The notes under the pieces were generated by a model. That model was not told the DNA's origin. It saw only the letters and a program-made list of their open reading frames with translations, and ran no database searches. The translations under genes and the position numbers were made by a program. DNA of 63,829 bases. Source: a virus. Its lineage: Duplodnaviria > Caudoviricetes. The stretch spans positions 1 through 63,829 of IMG/VR virus record IMGVR_UViG_3300025875_000017. One strand, 5' to 3'. This document shows, piece after piece, positions 34,724 to 45,053 of the stretch; within the stretch, counting starts at the first letter, position 1; the number at the start of each line of letters is the position of its first letter.

Positions 34724-35206
34724 ATGGCGTCCATTCAGCTGTATGCGCCTACTGGTGGAATTGTCACCGTCACCAGTTATCAGGACGCCCTCGTGAAGCT
34801 TTACACGCAGGGCTACTTCACGGTTATTGGGTCTAAAGATTCGAACTTGCAGGCGCTTGCGGGTGGCGCGGCACCTTACGGCGCAGGCGACCCGACTGCT
34901 ATCGCCGGTGGCTTGTCGATTGATGTAGCCGATAAGCGGTATGTGCTGGTTACAGATTTCGCTAAGGGTGTTCAACACGCGGTCGCCAGTATTTTTGTTG
35001 GCCAAGGAACGTACAACGAAACAACGGGCCGCTTCACCCTAACCGGGACTGGGGCTGGGGGAAACGCTAGCGGCGGGGGCGGGGGTGCTACTACTGGCGG
35101 TGGCACCACAGGAAGCGGTAGCGGATCAACTGGCGGAACCGGCACAGTGACGACCCCAACCGTCAACTCTGGCAAATACCAGGCCACTTATCCGACGAGT
35201 TATTAA
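34724..35206 (+). CDS. Gly-rich putative virion adaptor; N-terminus shared with 42718..45000
   Basis: GGAG RBS; VTVT...LVKLYTQGY motif. Confidence 0.65.
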   Translation: MASIQLYAPTGGIVTVTSYQDALVKLYTQGYFTVIGSKDSNLQALAGGAAPYGAGDPTAIAGGLSIDVADKRYVLVTDFAKGVQHAVASIFVGQGTYNETTGRFTLTGTGAGGNASGGGGGATTGGGTTGSGSGSTGGTGTVTTPTVNSGKYQATYPTSY

Positions 35207-35217
35207 GGTAGACCAAG

Positions 35218-35466
35218 ATGGCTATTGTTTTTTCGCAGGATCTTCCGCCGACGCGATCAACGGGGCAACCCGATCCAGCCGGCGACGTCAACGCTATCGT
35301 AAGCGCCGTGGCCGAGATCCGCGGAGTCGTTGGTGACGTGCAATTCAATTCGGGGGCCGGGGGGAACGTCGGTTCCATTGAAGCATCCGACGGGGTGCCG
35401 CCCTCGACTCCACCCGACGATGGTAAGTATTACTTTTGGTTCAACGCGGCCACTATCAGCATTTGA
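35218..35466 (+). CDS. small putative virion protein
   Basis: AAGGT RBS; PP....DG.Y.FW tail-type motif. Confidence 0.55.
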   Translation: MAIVFSQDLPPTRSTGQPDPAGDVNAIVSAVAEIRGVVGDVQFNSGAGGNVGSIEASDGVPPSTPPDDGKYYFWFNAATISI

Positions 35467-35492
35467 CCCACGACTAGGCTTAAAGGAATTTC

Positions 35493-37904
35493 ATGGACTT
35501 CTTCGTTGGAGCTACTGCGGCGGGCACCGGCGACGGCAGCTCCATTGCTAACCGAGGCGTGTTTACCAGCATGCGCACTGCCGTTGCTCGGGCGGCTGGT
35601 CTTACTGCCGCCGCCGATGGGACGTGGCCGCGTAACGCCCTGGAATCCGGGCGCGTACTGTTTCTGCCAGGAACGTACAATTTTAAGGACGCTTTCACTT
35701 CCATTCAGACGCTGGTTCCCGATGGCTTGACACTTGAGATTTGCCCTTGCGATTCGTCCGGTAAGCCGCTTGCTCGTGGTACTCGGCTGGTGCTTACGGG
35801 TGACCGCAACTGGCGCGGGACTCAGGATCCGTCGCCGAACACTGGCGGGGAGAAGGGGTCGACCGCGTTTTCGCTGGCTGGCGGTAGCGGCGGCTACAAG
35901 ATCCACGGTTTCCACCTCAAGAACTGCGCGTACGGTATTGCTACCGCTAGCCTCGGTTCGGTCACCAAGGCCCAGTTTTATGACAACGAGTTCACGAATG
36001 TGCAGATCGGTTACGCCGCTCGCACGGATGGCACGTTCACGAATTGCACGTTTGACCACCGCATTCACAACAGTGACGGCACGTACAGCTTCGTGGAGAC
36101 CTTCCACGGCTACTCGAAGGCCATGGGATCGTTCGGCACTGACTCCTCTTCGACCACACAGGGATCGTGCAACAACACGGTTCAAGGCATGGTCGGCTAC
36201 GGTGGGCAGACCGGCGACGGGTTCCTAAATGGCTGGGTGCTGCTCGGCAACGTAAACAACACCGCGAACAAGAACAACGTGTTTGAGGATTGTGCGGCTA
36301 CGGCCCTGGTCTCCCCGACCGCTAAGCCCGCCAGTGGCTCGTGGTACGGCTCGCAGGGCGATGGGTTTGCCAACGAAGAGTATGACACCGGGAACGTGTA
36401 CAACCGTTGCGGTGTCCGCGCCTCCCGCGACGCTAACGGCAACATCATTCTTGGTACGGGCGCTGGTGACGGCGGTTTCGACATCAAGGGCGAGGGAACC
36501 GTCATCAATGACGGGTTCGCCGAGGACTGCAAGCGTTCGGTCCGTAAGCACCAGGACGATCACACCACTGGCGGCGGCACTCTCACGGTCAACGGGTTCA
36601 CCTCGGTAAGCCCGTGGAAGCACGGCTATGACTCGTCGGGGGAGTCCGCGCACATTGAGACTGAGGGGTCCACGATTCGGGCCACCGGTTTCGTGGGCAC
36701 CGACCCGGGTGGCATTGCATCCCTAGACCTGCTCGCCCAGGACCAGGGTGGGCACAGCGGCAACATTTACGTCACTGGTAGTTTTACCAGCCCGGGCCTG
36801 GTCAACAAGCCGCGCTCCAAGGACGAGAACGGCGTCATTGTTTACTCGGTGACGGGTTCGGCGTCCGCCCCCACCCCGGATCCGACGCTTCCGAAGCCGA
36901 CGAATGTTACCGCAACCCAGGACGCGACCACCGGTCGTTCTGTGGTCAAGTGGACGCCGCCCGCGGGGTGCAGCAGTGTGCAAGTTTTTGAGCGCACCAA
37001 CACGCCGAACAACCCGTTGGGTACGTTTACCCCCGATGTGACCACCCGCACGGGCGCGGTGCTCACCGCCGGCAAGTCGTACACGTTCTCCGTGATCGCC
37101 GTGTATCCGACGGGCATTTCCGCCGAGGTTGCGGCCACCCCCGCGACGCTGATCGGGCGGGCGGCTAGCACTGGTACCCCCACGTCGTCGGCCGCTCCCC
37201 TACCTACGATCACGATCACTTCCCCTGTTACGGGTGCCACGCTGTCCGGCTCCATCCCGTTGACTGCTACCGCGACAAACGCCACCCAGGTCAGCTACTA
37301 CTGCAACAATGTTCTCATTGGTCAGGGAACTAGTGGCGCGTCCTGGGATTCCACCACGGTTCCCGATGGCGCCTACTCTTTAACGGCTGTTGCAACCAAT
37401 GTTGACGGCGTGCAGGTCACGTCTTACGCGCAGGTTACGGTCGCTAACACGGTTGTGCCGCCGAGCACGATTCCGGTCGCGCCCACGAACGGTTACCCGC
37501 AGGGCCTGCTGGTTTATGATCGTTCCGCGCGGGACTGGGTGCCGTTCATTGGTGGCGTCGGTGATGATAATGGCGGTACGGCCAGCAACTTGCTGATTCA
37601 GTCGCAGCAGGCTGGTGCCGCCTACACGTTCGCCTTGTCCGATGGGGGAACGGCAGTCGATTTCTTGAGTGGTAGTGCTGTGACCGTCACGGTTCCGGCG
37701 AGCGCATCCGTCAACTTTCCGGTTGGTACGTCCCTGATCCTGCGCCAGTACGGTTCCGGCCAGGTCACGATCACCCCGGGGTCGACGAGTGTTCTACTGC
37801 GTTCTCGGGGTAACGCTTTGCGGACGGCGGGCCAGTATTCCGAGGTCGTGTTGACGAACCGTGCTGTGGATGAGTGGATTATTTCTGGGGATGTGACGGT
37901 GTGA
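35493..37904 (+). CDS. beta-helix (pectate-lyase-like) protein with FN3 and Ig-like domains
   Basis: VLFLPGTY, QGDGFANE, GDGGFDIKG; PKPTNVTA..W...Y.FSVIAV; PTITITSP..GATLSG...WDSTTVPDG.Y.LTAVA. Confidence 0.75.
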   Translation: MDFFVGATAAGTGDGSSIANRGVFTSMRTAVARAAGLTAAADGTWPRNALESGRVLFLPGTYNFKDAFTSIQTLVPDGLTLEICPCDSSGKPLARGTRLVLTGDRNWRGTQDPSPNTGGEKGSTAFSLAGGSGGYKIHGFHLKNCAYGIATASLGSVTKAQFYDNEFTNVQIGYAARTDGTFTNCTFDHRIHNSDGTYSFVETFHGYSKAMGSFGTDSSSTTQGSCNNTVQGMVGYGGQTGDGFLNGWVLLGNVNNTANKNNVFEDCAATALVSPTAKPASGSWYGSQGDGFANEEYDTGNVYNRCGVRASRDANGNIILGTGAGDGGFDIKGEGTVINDGFAEDCKRSVRKHQDDHTTGGGTLTVNGFTSVSPWKHGYDSSGESAHIETEGSTIRATGFVGTDPGGIASLDLLAQDQGGHSGNIYVTGSFTSPGLVNKPRSKDENGVIVYSVTGSASAPTPDPTLPKPTNVTATQDATTGRSVVKWTPPAGCSSVQVFERTNTPNNPLGTFTPDVTTRTGAVLTAGKSYTFSVIAVYPTGISAEVAATPATLIGRAASTGTPTSSAAPLPTITITSPVTGATLSGSIPLTATATNATQVSYYCNNVLIGQGTSGASWDSTTVPDGAYSLTAVATNVDGVQVTSYAQVTVANTVVPPSTIPVAPTNGYPQGLLVYDRSARDWVPFIGGVGDDNGGTASNLLIQSQQAGAAYTFALSDGGTAVDFLSGSAVTVTVPASASVNFPVGTSLILRQYGSGQVTITPGSTSVLLRSRGNALRTAGQYSEVVLTNRAVDEWIISGDVTV

Positions 37905-40708
37905 GCACTCGCGCTGTTCGCGGCGGGATCATCAACGATTCCCGCCACCGCCCCACCCTCACCGCGGTACCGTTTCCGTCCGCTATCCCGGGGCTTGGTT
38001 TTTGGTTCCGAGCAGGTGACGTGACTAGCGCGGTGGGCGCACCCGTCACCTCATGGCCCGGTGCGGGCGGTGCCGATGCTGCCACGCAAACGGACACTAC
38101 TTTGCAGCCCATCTTGGGCAACGGTTCCAACGGGCGCAAGACCGTTGTGTTCACTAACGACTCGCTTACCCTACCCGCGTCGGCGCTTGCTTCGACCAAT
38201 GGAATGCCCGGGTTTACGGCTTTTCATGTGGCGATGAGCGCCGACGTTTCTACGGGAACCAAAACTGCTTTGTCTTTGTCGGGTTCGGTGTCGACCAACA
38301 CCCGGTTCGCTTTACAGCTCAACAGGAGTCTGAACCTTCCGACTGTTGCTTTCCGCCGCTTGGACGATGACACGGCGATTACGTCGATTGTTGCGTTGAA
38401 CACCGCCCCGATCTCTCCTAATGTTTTTTATGCACAAACCAGCACTTTGGATTACATCAACGGTGTTGGAAACGTTCGGCTCAACGGGACTGTCGTCAAA
38501 ACTGGTACGTCAGCAGTTGGGCCGGGATCGGCTACCGCGTCACTCACTGGCACTATCGGTTCCAAGATCGGCGCCCTGATCGAGTTTTGGACCGGCTCCA
38601 TTTCGGAGATCATTTTTTATCCGCGGGTGCTCACTGACGCCGAACGTCAACAAGTTCACGCCTACCTGCAATACCAGTACGGGATCACAATCACTGATTC
38701 GGGTGCGCAAGCGACGGTTGTCGCCCCATCTATCCGTATTACGGGTGTGACCACTACTGCGACGACCGCTACGGTCACGTGGGTTCTGGACGCAGGTAAC
38801 AATGGTGTCACCATCACCGACGTCACCGCTGGCCGAGACAGTGTCGACTCGACCGGGTCCGGCGCGTACACGTCCCCCACGGACCCCGTGAGCGGGTCCA
38901 GGACGTTCGACAAGCTCGTCCCCGGCAACACGTACACATTCACCGTGCAAGGCCGCATCAACGGCGCTCCGTATGGTTCCCCGCAAACCGTAACGGCGAC
39001 GATCTCCGCAGCAGCAGCGACACCCACGCCGGCACCTGCTCCAGCCGCTGGCACGACTGATGAGTTCACTTTCAAAAACACGAGCCTGTGGACTTTTGAG
39101 GGAACCACCGACACCAACGGTCAACTGTCCACGTCCCCGCCTGACAGTGACGTCATTTCCATCAACACCTACAACTTGACGGGAACCGCAGCCAGCGCCA
39201 TTCTGGCAGCGCAAAGTTCCGTGGAAACTTATTTCTTGGCGTACACGGACGCCCCGAACAGTAACGCTATCGGTTTCAGTATTACGGGCGGTAGCATTAT
39301 CGCGTTGTACCGCACGAGTGGTGCGCAAACGACTATCGGCACGGCCGCTTATGATGCGACGGCCCACCGGTACCTGCGGATTCGGGAAGCCAGCGGTACC
39401 GTCTATTGTGAAACTTCGCCGAACGGCTCAACGTGGTCCGTTATTGGTTTCAAGGCAAACGTAAGCTTCGGCGTGACCGCATTGCACTTCACGCTCGGCG
39501 CTTACGGTAGCGGCACAACGCCCGCCTTGTGGGAGTCCGCAACCCTGCCTGCCGCCGCCAGCACCACTGGTGGTTCCACTGGTGGTTCCACTGGTGGAAG
39601 TACGGGTGGTTATACGGGTACTACGCCGACGCAGTCCGCCGACGTGGGTAGCTTGTTCATCTCCGGTGTCAGCATTGACGGCGTCGATGATTCCAGCACC
39701 CGCGCGGGCAGCATGTACACGTGGCGCGGCGGCACGAAGCCGGTCGGGTCCACAAGCACCTGGAACGACTCCGACCCCACGACGCAACTCAATCAGTGGA
39801 CGCTTACGGTCGCCCCCGGAAAACTCAACTGGTCCGGTGTTCTTGACATCGGCATGGGTGGCATTTACCCCAATCAGGGCGATACGTGGGCTGGTGCCGC
39901 GACCGGATCGTGCGATGCGCGTTGGACGACCGCTATCCAAAAGATCGCGGGCAACCGCGCCAGCAAGGCCGCGACCACCTATATTCGACCGTTCCACGAG
40001 TTTAACTCCGGTTACCCGTGGCAGATCACTGATCCGTCGATGATCCCCAACTTTATTGCCGCATGGAAGCGGCTTTACGGGATCATTAAGGCCCAGTTCC
40101 CGGCTGCACAGGTCGTGTGGTGCCCCAACCGGGAAGCGTCCGGGTCTTCCATCAAGACCACGGATGCATACCCGGGGAACGCTTATGTTGACGTCATCGG
40201 CGTCGACTACTACCTGCAATACCCGTCGTGCATGACGCAGTCCGATTGGGACTCGCAGCTCATGCAGACCGATGGGAACGGCGGGCCGAAGGGTCTCGGC
40301 GCGTGGCGTGCGTTCGCCATCGCGCAGGGTAAGCCGATGTGCATTCCCGAGTTCGGCGCTAGTCACGATTTCGGCGACCAGGCCGGGGGACTCACCGCCT
40401 ACCTCAACTACCTTGAGCAGTACCAAGGTAGTGGTGTAGGCCAGTTTATTTACGCGAACTATTTCAACACCGCCACGCAGGGAGACGATTACGGTTCGCG
40501 CTACGGGCTGTACCCGTACACGTTGCAGCCGAATGCAGCCGCCGCCTATAAGGCGTGGCATACTGCCCGCGGTACTGTCGCGACGAGTAACACCGCCACG
40601 GATAATGGCGACGGCACGTACAGTATGGCCGTAGCCGACAACGGTGACGGCACGTACACCACGCCCGGTGCCGATAATGGTGACGGCACCTACACCCTCT
40701 CGTCCTAG
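37901..40708 (+). CDS. multidomain LamG-like/FN3 protein with C-terminal GH26 (beta-mannanase-like) domain
   Basis: G.ISEIIFY.RVLTDAERQQVHAYL; IRPFHEFN; YPGNAYVDVIGVDYY; KPMCIPEFG; 3x DNGDGTY tail. Confidence 0.85.
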   Translation: MSTRAVRGGIINDSRHRPTLTAVPFPSAIPGLGFWFRAGDVTSAVGAPVTSWPGAGGADAATQTDTTLQPILGNGSNGRKTVVFTNDSLTLPASALASTNGMPGFTAFHVAMSADVSTGTKTALSLSGSVSTNTRFALQLNRSLNLPTVAFRRLDDDTAITSIVALNTAPISPNVFYAQTSTLDYINGVGNVRLNGTVVKTGTSAVGPGSATASLTGTIGSKIGALIEFWTGSISEIIFYPRVLTDAERQQVHAYLQYQYGITITDSGAQATVVAPSIRITGVTTTATTATVTWVLDAGNNGVTITDVTAGRDSVDSTGSGAYTSPTDPVSGSRTFDKLVPGNTYTFTVQGRINGAPYGSPQTVTATISAAAATPTPAPAPAAGTTDEFTFKNTSLWTFEGTTDTNGQLSTSPPDSDVISINTYNLTGTAASAILAAQSSVETYFLAYTDAPNSNAIGFSITGGSIIALYRTSGAQTTIGTAAYDATAHRYLRIREASGTVYCETSPNGSTWSVIGFKANVSFGVTALHFTLGAYGSGTTPALWESATLPAAASTTGGSTGGSTGGSTGGYTGTTPTQSADVGSLFISGVSIDGVDDSSTRAGSMYTWRGGTKPVGSTSTWNDSDPTTQLNQWTLTVAPGKLNWSGVLDIGMGGIYPNQGDTWAGAATGSCDARWTTAIQKIAGNRASKAATTYIRPFHEFNSGYPWQITDPSMIPNFIAAWKRLYGIIKAQFPAAQVVWCPNREASGSSIKTTDAYPGNAYVDVIGVDYYLQYPSCMTQSDWDSQLMQTDGNGGPKGLGAWRAFAIAQGKPMCIPEFGASHDFGDQAGGLTAYLNYLEQYQGSGVGQFIYANYFNTATQGDDYGSRYGLYPYTLQPNAAAAYKAWHTARGTVATSNTATDNGDGTYSMAVADNGDGTYTTPGADNGDGTYTLSS

Positions 40709-40719
40709 GAGCCGCACCT

Positions 40720-42687
40720 GTGGCAATCGTTGCCTACACCAAGGCGCGTATCGATGCCCTGCTCGCCGCCCTCAACGGCCAGTACACGACCGCAAGCGCT
40801 GGTCAGGCACTCGCGACACGCATCGCCGCGCTAGAAAACAATGCGCCAGCACCAACCAAGAGTCCCATCGTCGCCGCGCCCACCACGGCCAGCTCGTCGG
40901 TGGCGCGCTGGTGGATTCCCTACGGCAACGTCCCGCACTGCCGCGTCACCTACACGACGGGCGTGAACGCGTCCGGGCAGATGCAGGTTACGTGGGCGGG
41001 CTCCATGCCCGATGTGCGAGCGCGCACCAGCAAGCTGGAGACTGGTGTCGCCGCACAGGCCCAAGACGGGTGGCAGGCGTACGTCGTTGACCTGTCCACG
41101 AATACCACGGTCGCCGACTCCGGGGTGCAGTCCGGTATTGCCGAGGTATGGGTGGTCACGGGCCTCACTCCGGTCGCTGGCCGCCGCTATCAAGGCTTTG
41201 CACGGGTTCGCTCCGTTGATGGGCAGTGGTCCCCGTACGGCAGTACCCGCTTCGTGGTTCCCACGGGCACGGTCCGCTACTTTGAAGACTATGGCGCGAT
41301 CGGTGATGGTGTTCACGTCGACGGCGCGGACTACCCAAACAAGATTTATACGGGCCCGATCCGTCAGGCGATGGCCGCGTGCCGGCCCGGTGACGTGCTC
41401 AAGTCGAAGAATCCGGGTGTGACCGTTGCGGGCGTCTCGGTTACGGGCACGACGGTGACCGCGGCGAACGCATCGTTCTCGTCCAGCATGGTCGGCAAGA
41501 AGATCATGGTGCACCGTGCTGGTGTACGCGACGCGACCGGGGATTCCTACATTTGGCGGACCACGGTCAGCGCCGTGTCCTCCGATGGCACGAGCCTGAC
41601 CCTCGCGGCGGCGGTGAAGACCGCGCAGACCAGCACTCGCGTTGTCATCGGCTACCCGGAGTATCTCACAGGCCACATGGACGTGGACAGCAACGTCAAC
41701 GCGGGCAGTGGCGGTTTCACGGTCGATGGCACGGGATGTCTTTTTACCTCAACCAGCCCCGACTCGGCTGGTTTTCACACTGCGATTCCCGATGTCACGT
41801 ACATCAACGTTCATTACTGGCATCGCAACGTGACTGTGCGCGGCAACGGCAAGAACGGTGACAGCGGCACATTCTTCACCGATGGTACTAACGCTGTCGG
41901 TGGACGGTGGATCGGATGTTATTCCGAGCGCGCCCGCGACGCCGCATGGCTGTTCTTTTCCGGCCCCTCGGACATGCACGTCGTGGACTGCATCACCGAC
42001 CATTCCAACGCGGACCCGTTCCACGTCACGGGCAGCTCGCACGACATTCAGTTTATTCGCCCGACCGCTATTTACATTGGCGACGACGCGACCGCCAACA
42101 TTGGCTACCGCTCCGACGGCGACTCCAAGCGGCCGTACAACATTTATTGGGAGAATCCTAAGATGTTCGGGCAGGACTGGGGGCGTGGGCTCAGCTTCGG
42201 CGGCTGCTACAACGTGCTCGCCACCGATGTGACGCAGGATGGCGGCGCGATGGCGTCGTTCCTCATCGGCTCCGATGGCGACCAGGCCAACACCAATCAC
42301 GTGCAGGTCCGCCGGTTCACGATCACGAATCCGCACAGCCGCGTTGGCCTTAAGCCCACGTACACGCAGGGCGCATCAACCACCAGCACTATTGCTAACG
42401 ACCCTTGGCTCAAGCTACTCAACAATGGGTCGACCACTCCGCAAGCCGATATTCTCATGGAAGACGGCACCGTGGATGGCGGAAACTTCATTCAAGTCGT
42501 CAGCTACGGCGGCGGCGCATTCAACGATGCCAGTGTGGTCCTGCGCGGTATTACCATGACCGGTGCAACTAGCTCCGGCACCAACTGGGTCGACCAGTCC
42601 ACGTATGCCGGGCATTTGGATTTCCGCGGCATTACTGTGCCGACCGGTTCTAGTCCGCAAGCCGCCCCGTCCAACCCGAACAGCTAA
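40720..42687 (+). CDS. FN3 plus right-handed beta-helix glycoside hydrolase/lyase-like protein
   Basis: DYGAIGDG; SNADPFHVTG.SHDI; IGDDATANIGY; WGRGLSFGG..NV. Confidence 0.75.
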   Translation: MAIVAYTKARIDALLAALNGQYTTASAGQALATRIAALENNAPAPTKSPIVAAPTTASSSVARWWIPYGNVPHCRVTYTTGVNASGQMQVTWAGSMPDVRARTSKLETGVAAQAQDGWQAYVVDLSTNTTVADSGVQSGIAEVWVVTGLTPVAGRRYQGFARVRSVDGQWSPYGSTRFVVPTGTVRYFEDYGAIGDGVHVDGADYPNKIYTGPIRQAMAACRPGDVLKSKNPGVTVAGVSVTGTTVTAANASFSSSMVGKKIMVHRAGVRDATGDSYIWRTTVSAVSSDGTSLTLAAAVKTAQTSTRVVIGYPEYLTGHMDVDSNVNAGSGGFTVDGTGCLFTSTSPDSAGFHTAIPDVTYINVHYWHRNVTVRGNGKNGDSGTFFTDGTNAVGGRWIGCYSERARDAAWLFFSGPSDMHVVDCITDHSNADPFHVTGSSHDIQFIRPTAIYIGDDATANIGYRSDGDSKRPYNIYWENPKMFGQDWGRGLSFGGCYNVLATDVTQDGGAMASFLIGSDGDQANTNHVQVRRFTITNPHSRVGLKPTYTQGASTTSTIANDPWLKLLNNGSTTPQADILMEDGTVDGGNFIQVVSYGGGAFNDASVVLRGITMTGATSSGTNWVDQSTYAGHLDFRGITVPTGSSPQAAPSNPNS

Positions 42688-42717
42688 ACCATTCACTACT
42701 CATTGAGGAGGCTGGTC

Positions 42718-45000
42718 GTGGGATCGGTAGTCCTGCTAGACCCGCAAGGCAAGACGGTTACGGTCACCGATACCTACGATTTTCTCGTCAAGATATATAC
42801 GCAAGGTTATGAGCCGCAGTCTGGGTCGATTCAATCAAATCTTGACAAGATTAAGGGCAATGGCGAGCTGGCTCCCGCGTTGCGGGAACTGCTGACGCTC
42901 GGCGACTTTGCCAACCCGCAGTCGGACGTTAACAAGGTGCTGCAAGGCATGTTCACGTCCACGCCGCCCACAACGGACGCTAGTAAGCTTACGTCAGGTA
43001 TTTTGCCGGCGGCGCGGGTCGGGTCGGGGTCCGTGACCGCAGCGAAACTCGCTAGCGATGTGCCTGGTGCTATTGCCGTCGCGCCGGAACTAAGGGCGGC
43101 CTCTGGGTCAGTCGCGGCGGTCGTGACGGCGTCCGGCGCGCTGGTGGTGCAGAAGCACAACCCGGTCGACGCCAGCAGCGGCGCCCGCACGATGACGCTG
43201 CCGATCGGCGCACCGGAGGGCTCGCAGCTGTCGGTCGAGAAGGTGGACATCAGCACGAACACGGTCACGATCACGGGCAACCTCCGAGGCACCGCGAGCT
43301 CGTCGATCGCGCTGGTCTACCAGCGGGAGACCGTGCAGCTGCGGGCGGACGCCTCCGGCTCCTGGTGGCCGACCGCTGGCCACCGCACGAAGACCTCTCT
43401 GGACACCGCATCCGTCGCCGCCGTGAAGGCCGCGATCACCGCCGGCGACATCGTCACCGGGACGACCGTTGACCCCGCGGTCCAGATCGGCGACTCGCTC
43501 ACCCAGAACTGGAGCGCCTACAACACCGCTCTCGCGGCGGCGCTCGGCCGGCCGCTGAACAACATCGGCATCGGCGGCCAGGGGACGCTGCAGATCGCGG
43601 CCCGCCAGGGCGGCTCGCCCGCGCTGCTGACCGTGACGGGCAACGTCATCCCGGCCAGTGGCGCGGTCGCGGTCACCGCCTACAGCGTCAACCTGCTGGC
43701 CCGCCCCAGCGACGGCACGCAGTCCATCAAGGGTGTCCTCGCCGGCGTCTCCGGCACCCTGCAGATGGCCCAGTCCAGCGGCACCTGGTCGTACACGTTC
43801 ACCCGCGACACGGCGGGCATACCCATGCCATGCTCGCCGAACACCCCGTTCGTGACCGGCCTCGAGTACGAGGACGCCTGGCCGATCATCTGGACCGGCC
43901 GCAACGACATCGGCCAGGGAGCCTTCCGCACGCCGCTCGCCGACATCGTCACCGCGATCAAGGGGATGCTCGCCTGGTCTCGGCGCGGACAGCGAGCCGT
44001 CGTCCTCTCGGTGCTCCCCCGGGCCGACGAGGACTCCACTGGGTCCGCCGCTCGCACGATCCTCGACCAGCTCAACGCAGGGCTGCAGTCCGCCTTCCCC
44101 CAGGCGTTCGTCGACATCGCCGCGATCTTGCGCACCGACGCCGCCTTCGCCATCGCGGGCATCACCAAGACCACCCAGGACGCCACGGACATCACCAACG
44201 GCCTGACCCCGACGTCCTTCCGCGGGTCGGACATCGTCCACCTCAACGCCGCCGGCTACACCGTGCTCAACACGGTCCTGCCGCACATCCTGGACGACCG
44301 AGGCTGGCACGCGGCATCCCTCGCCAGCTACCCGTCCGGCGCGTCGACCGCAGCCCTGCACGACAACGGGGTGGCCGGGGCGACCCACCGCTACGTCCCC
44401 AGCGTGCTGGCGCTGTCCAGCGGCACCGCCGCGAGCACCCTGCCCGACTCGATCGGCTCGGCCACCCTAGCAGCCGTCGGCACGTCCGCCGGCAACCCGA
44501 CGGTCACCGCCGAGGGCGCCGGGCAGGTGCTCTCGTTCGTCAGCACCACCGGCAAGTCGATGAACGCGACCACCACCGTCGCCACCCCGTTCACCGTCGC
44601 CCTGGTGGTCAAGTCGACGGCCACCGCCTACAACATCGCGGTGGTGGACGGCTACCGCATCCAGAGGGCCAGCAACGGCTCCTGGGCTCTGGCTGGCGGG
44701 GCATCCGATGGATCCACGGCACTCGTGACGCTGCCCGGTTCGGACAACTACGTGGTCATCTTCGGGGTGTGCAACGGGTCCAGCTCTCAGCTGGCGGTGA
44801 ACGGGACCGTCACCAGTAGTGCGGGCAGCATCGTAGGACCCGGAGCGGGGCTCAGCGGGAAGATCCAACTCGGTCCGCAGGTGTCCGGCGCTTCGCTGAT
44901 CAACATCGCCGAGGCCAACATCTGGCCGTTCGCGCTCACCGCCGCCCAGCAGGCGGCGCACATCACGGCGATGAAGGCGCGCTACGCCTTCATCGCCTGA
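42718..45000 (+). CDS. tail/appendage protein with SGNH esterase and C-terminal LamG-like domain
   Basis: IGDSLT, GIGGQ, WTGRND, DIVHLN; GAGGAGG RBS. Confidence 0.8.
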   Translation: MGSVVLLDPQGKTVTVTDTYDFLVKIYTQGYEPQSGSIQSNLDKIKGNGELAPALRELLTLGDFANPQSDVNKVLQGMFTSTPPTTDASKLTSGILPAARVGSGSVTAAKLASDVPGAIAVAPELRAASGSVAAVVTASGALVVQKHNPVDASSGARTMTLPIGAPEGSQLSVEKVDISTNTVTITGNLRGTASSSIALVYQRETVQLRADASGSWWPTAGHRTKTSLDTASVAAVKAAITAGDIVTGTTVDPAVQIGDSLTQNWSAYNTALAAALGRPLNNIGIGGQGTLQIAARQGGSPALLTVTGNVIPASGAVAVTAYSVNLLARPSDGTQSIKGVLAGVSGTLQMAQSSGTWSYTFTRDTAGIPMPCSPNTPFVTGLEYEDAWPIIWTGRNDIGQGAFRTPLADIVTAIKGMLAWSRRGQRAVVLSVLPRADEDSTGSAARTILDQLNAGLQSAFPQAFVDIAAILRTDAAFAIAGITKTTQDATDITNGLTPTSFRGSDIVHLNAAGYTVLNTVLPHILDDRGWHAASLASYPSGASTAALHDNGVAGATHRYVPSVLALSSGTAASTLPDSIGSATLAAVGTSAGNPTVTAEGAGQVLSFVSTTGKSMNATTTVATPFTVALVVKSTATAYNIAVVDGYRIQRASNGSWALAGGASDGSTALVTLPGSDNYVVIFGVCNGSSSQLAVNGTVTSSAGSIVGPGAGLSGKIQLGPQVSGASLINIAEANIWPFALTAAQQAAHITAMKARYAFIA

Positions 45001-45053
45001 CGGTTCCTGCGGCGCCAGTCAGCAAGCTGGTTTCGCTCCATCCCCGGTGCGCC

